Origin: Candidatus Kuenenia stuttgartensis
Lineage (GTDB): Bacteria > Planctomycetota > Brocadiia > Brocadiales > Brocadiaceae
Reading direction: 5' to 3'
DNA: 32,000 nt
NCBI RefSeq assembly: GCF_900232105.1
Contig: NZ_LT934425.1
Location: forward strand, 1,500,001-1,532,000
Position numbers and translations under genes: made by a program. The notes beneath the pieces were generated by a model, which searched no databases, was not told the origin of the DNA, and saw only the letters and a program-made list of their open reading frames with translations. Positions within the stretch are counted from its first letter, which is position 1, and each line of letters starts with the position of its first letter. Positions 30,722 through 32,000 of this stretch are shown here, piece after piece.

Positions 30722-30827
30722 ATTCCTTTTTATTGTCCAAAGAAGTTGTTTCCTGGAAATATATAAAAATAGCTTGTTTTTTGGTTAAAAAGTTTTAAAC
30801 TATCTCTTGTTTTGTTGACGGTTTTTG

Positions 30828-30952
30828 TAACTATTCAGCGTAAACGATACACGGCTCATTCCCAAACCTTGTACTGAACATAGTGAAGTATCTGTTTGGA
30901 AACGAGTTGCGCTCTGATCTCCGGTAGTTTAATAAATTACGCTGAATAGTTA
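30828..30952. mobile_element. MITE-like element with perfect 16-bp inverted ends
   Basis: TAACTATTCAGCGTAA (30828-30843) and TTACGCTGAATAGTTA (30937-30952), with a nested imperfect CTCATTCCCAAAC/GTTTGGAAACGAG inverted pair. Confidence 0.5.
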
Positions 30953-31089
30953 TTAGTTTTTCTGTATTTCACAATAGTATATATGGGATATTTTGCACGG
31001 GAAAACGTTGCATAAGTGGTCAAAAACAATGTTTGCCAATGATGGAGCGAATATCCCTTTTGTTAATTTAATGGGGGCATGGCAATTCA

Positions 31090-31908
31090 ATGGTGTTCTT
31101 TAGAAAAAAGAAAGATATGCCAAACGGCTTATGGATAAGCTGCGACTGGTGCAAAAATTTGGTATATAGGAAAACCGTTGAAGAAAGCTTCCAGGTTTGT
31201 CCCGAGTGTGATTACCATTTTCGCATTTTTAGCAGGGACAGATTAAAATTGCTGCTTGATGAAGACAGTTTCGAAGAGTATTGGACTGATATGAAGCCCA
31301 CCAATCCTTTGAATTTTTTTGACCGCATGTCATACCCAGAAAGGGTTACTGCCGACCAGCTTAAATCCGGACTGAAAGAGGCCGCTATAGTTGGAAAAGG
31401 AAAGGTGAATGGCGCTGACATCATGATAGGGATTACCGATCCCAGCTTCATAATGGGAAGTATGGGTTCTGTGGTTGGGGAGAAGATTGTCCGCATAACA
31501 GAAAAGGCTATGGATCAAAAATTCCCTTTGGTGATTATTTCTGGTTCAGGCGGAGGAGCTCGCATGCAGGAGGGTATTTTTTCTCTTATGCAAATGGCAA
31601 AAACGAGCGCCGCCATAGCAAGGTTTCAACGGGCGGGCGGGCTATACATATCGGTATTAACCGATCCTTCACTGGGTGGAGTAATGGCAAGTTTTGCTTC
31701 ATTGGCAGATATTACTATTGCCGAACCAAAGGCGCTGATTGGTTTTGCAGGTCCCAGAGTAATTCAGGAAACAATAAAACGAACACTTCCTGGTAATTTT
31801 CAGCGGGCGGAATTTTTGCTTGAGCATGGTTTTCTTGATATGATTGTACATCGTAAAAACATGAAGCATGAAATTTCAAGGTTGATTCAATATTTGCATG
31901 TTAATTAA
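31090..31908 (+). CDS. accD: Acetyl-CoA carboxylase carboxyltransferase subunit beta
   Basis: Zinc ribbon CDWCKNLVYRKTVEESFQVCPECDYHFR, ISGSGGGARMQEGIFSLMQMAKTSAA, DPSLGGVMASFA, FAGPRVI. Confidence 0.96.
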   Translation: MVFFRKKKDMPNGLWISCDWCKNLVYRKTVEESFQVCPECDYHFRIFSRDRLKLLLDEDSFEEYWTDMKPTNPLNFFDRMSYPERVTADQLKSGLKEAAIVGKGKVNGADIMIGITDPSFIMGSMGSVVGEKIVRITEKAMDQKFPLVIISGSGGGARMQEGIFSLMQMAKTSAAIARFQRAGGLYISVLTDPSLGGVMASFASLADITIAEPKALIGFAGPRVIQETIKRTLPGNFQRAEFLLEHGFLDMIVHRKNMKHEISRLIQYLHVN

Positions 31909-31917
31909 TAAAAATCT

Positions 31918-31992
31918 TCCTCGGTAGCTCAATGGTAGAGTGGGTGGCTGTTAACCACTAGGTTGTAGGTTCGAATCCTACCCGAGGAGCCA
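31918..31992 (+). tRNA. tRNA-Asn (anticodon GTT), CCA encoded
   Basis: Acceptor TCCTCGG/CCGAGGA, anticodon stem-loop GTGG-CTGTTAA-CCAC, T-arm GTAGG-TTCGAAT-CCTAC, terminal GCCA. Confidence 0.96.
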
Positions 31993-32000
31993 ATCTTAAT

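Noticed and set aside
31918-31992. tRNA-Asn as an integration site for a genomic island
   Set aside because: The window ends just after the tRNA, so no integrase or att duplication can be assessed.

Overview
This 32 kb window looks like mostly ordinary chromosomal DNA from a moderately low-GC bacterium. Gene content and style suggest a planctomycete/anammox-like lineage, but that is inference only. Housekeeping and envelope genes include hutU, an OGG-type glycosylase, comM/yifB-like, a B12-binding radical SAM protein, an undecaprenyl-phosphate sugar transferase, gmd, a U32 peptidase, HNH, rfbA, rfbC, a CaCA antiporter, a waaF-like gene, a PrsK/PrsR-like sigma-54 two-component pair, gap, pgk, rpe, accD and tRNA-Asn(GTT). 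The most distinctive part is the left 3 kb, an apparent accessory remnant on the minus strand. It contains a C-terminal HsdS fragment, a GHKL ATPase with an N-terminal STAS-like region (apparently frameshifted near its 3' end), a small STAS-like/DUF4325-type protein, a PIN-domain protein and an MNT-HepT toxin-antitoxin pair. The first four are very tightly packed, and this is my best candidate for an under-described defence-associated module. Other noteworthy items are a 9-A homopolymer that appears to throw the U32 peptidase start out of frame, a frameshifted DUF2283-like pseudogene, a recurring TGTAACACTTTAGTTTTT motif (4 sites), a 125-bp MITE-like element with 16-bp inverted ends, several near-perfect palindromes, and a dispersed CGAAATACGAAAC-type repeat family. 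No CRISPR array or complete transposase was found. No searches were run; all family names come from recognised motifs.
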